A stretch of 64,000 nucleotides of DNA from assembly GCA_964398525.1 (NCBI GenBank), contig CAYNMS010000003.1:547-64546 (forward strand), read 5' to 3'. The translations under genes were made by a program, and so were the position numbers. The notes beneath the pieces are model-generated. The model ran no database searches. It was not told the origin of the DNA and was given only the letters and a program-made list of their open reading frames with translations. Positions 63,739 to 64,000 of this stretch are shown one piece after another (position 1 is the stretch's first letter; the number at the start of each line of letters is the position of its first letter). This DNA is from an uncultured Pseudomonadales bacterium (GTDB lineage Bacteria > Patescibacteriota > Microgenomatia > UBA1400 > CAYNFZ01).

Positions 63739-64000
63739 TTTTCTCACCTCCTTTTATTGTTATTTCCTTCACTTTAGCCACAGCTGGTAAGTTGTTTGTC
63801 GCCAAAGTGTAACAGACAGGTAAGAAATCCCTCACACTCCATTTCTGCCTCTTCAGTCCAACAAAATAATCACACCCAAAATCTTTTTGCTTGACTCTCT
63901 TTTCCCCTTCGATAAACTTGCACCTCGTTTGGCCAACCCCAAACTTAATTACCAAATAGTGATAGCCGATGCCCTTCGGCTCCTACTATGAATCAAGATT

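Noticed and set aside
63692-63955. 87-aa - strand ORF at the window end
   Set aside because: Overlaps the SD-supported 63556-63738 gene in another frame and has no recognisable features.

Overview
Chromosomal segment of a Patescibacteria/CPR bacterium, probably Microgenomates (standard genetic code, PilQ-less type IV pilus locus, no biosynthetic operons in the window, many apparently leaderless genes). It carries housekeeping genes (tyrS, recG, rpmF, nusB, rnc, rpsP, khpA, holB, gyrB-ppa-gyrA, tgt, efp, tRNA-Leu, dnaB, hisS, rpmE, prfA, rpsF-ssb-rpsR, ychF), a 14-gene type IV pilus cluster, and an ArsR/thioredoxin/ArsP redox island whose repressor is frameshifted. Two things stand out. (1) A 1.8-kb non-coding region beside a Xer recombinase holds three 11-6-11 dif-like sites and DnaA-box-like 9-mers. 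KOPS octamers (GGGNAGGG) converge on it from both sides, yet the strong C>G skew of the + strand does not invert there. This suggests dimer resolution uncoupled from a bidirectional terminus, possibly unidirectional replication with ori and dif side by side. (2) A histidine-sensing locus: a TrpR/YerC (HisR-type) regulator, a consensus promoter and a classical His-His-His leader-peptide attenuator. It precedes a CntK-like histidine racemase, an uncharacterised HTH plus CDPS/isocyanide-synthase-like protein, an M20 amidohydrolase, HisRS and an EamA transporter, with no his biosynthesis genes, so it is a candidate histidine-salvage system. All counts are manual and all family calls are motif recognition, not database searches.
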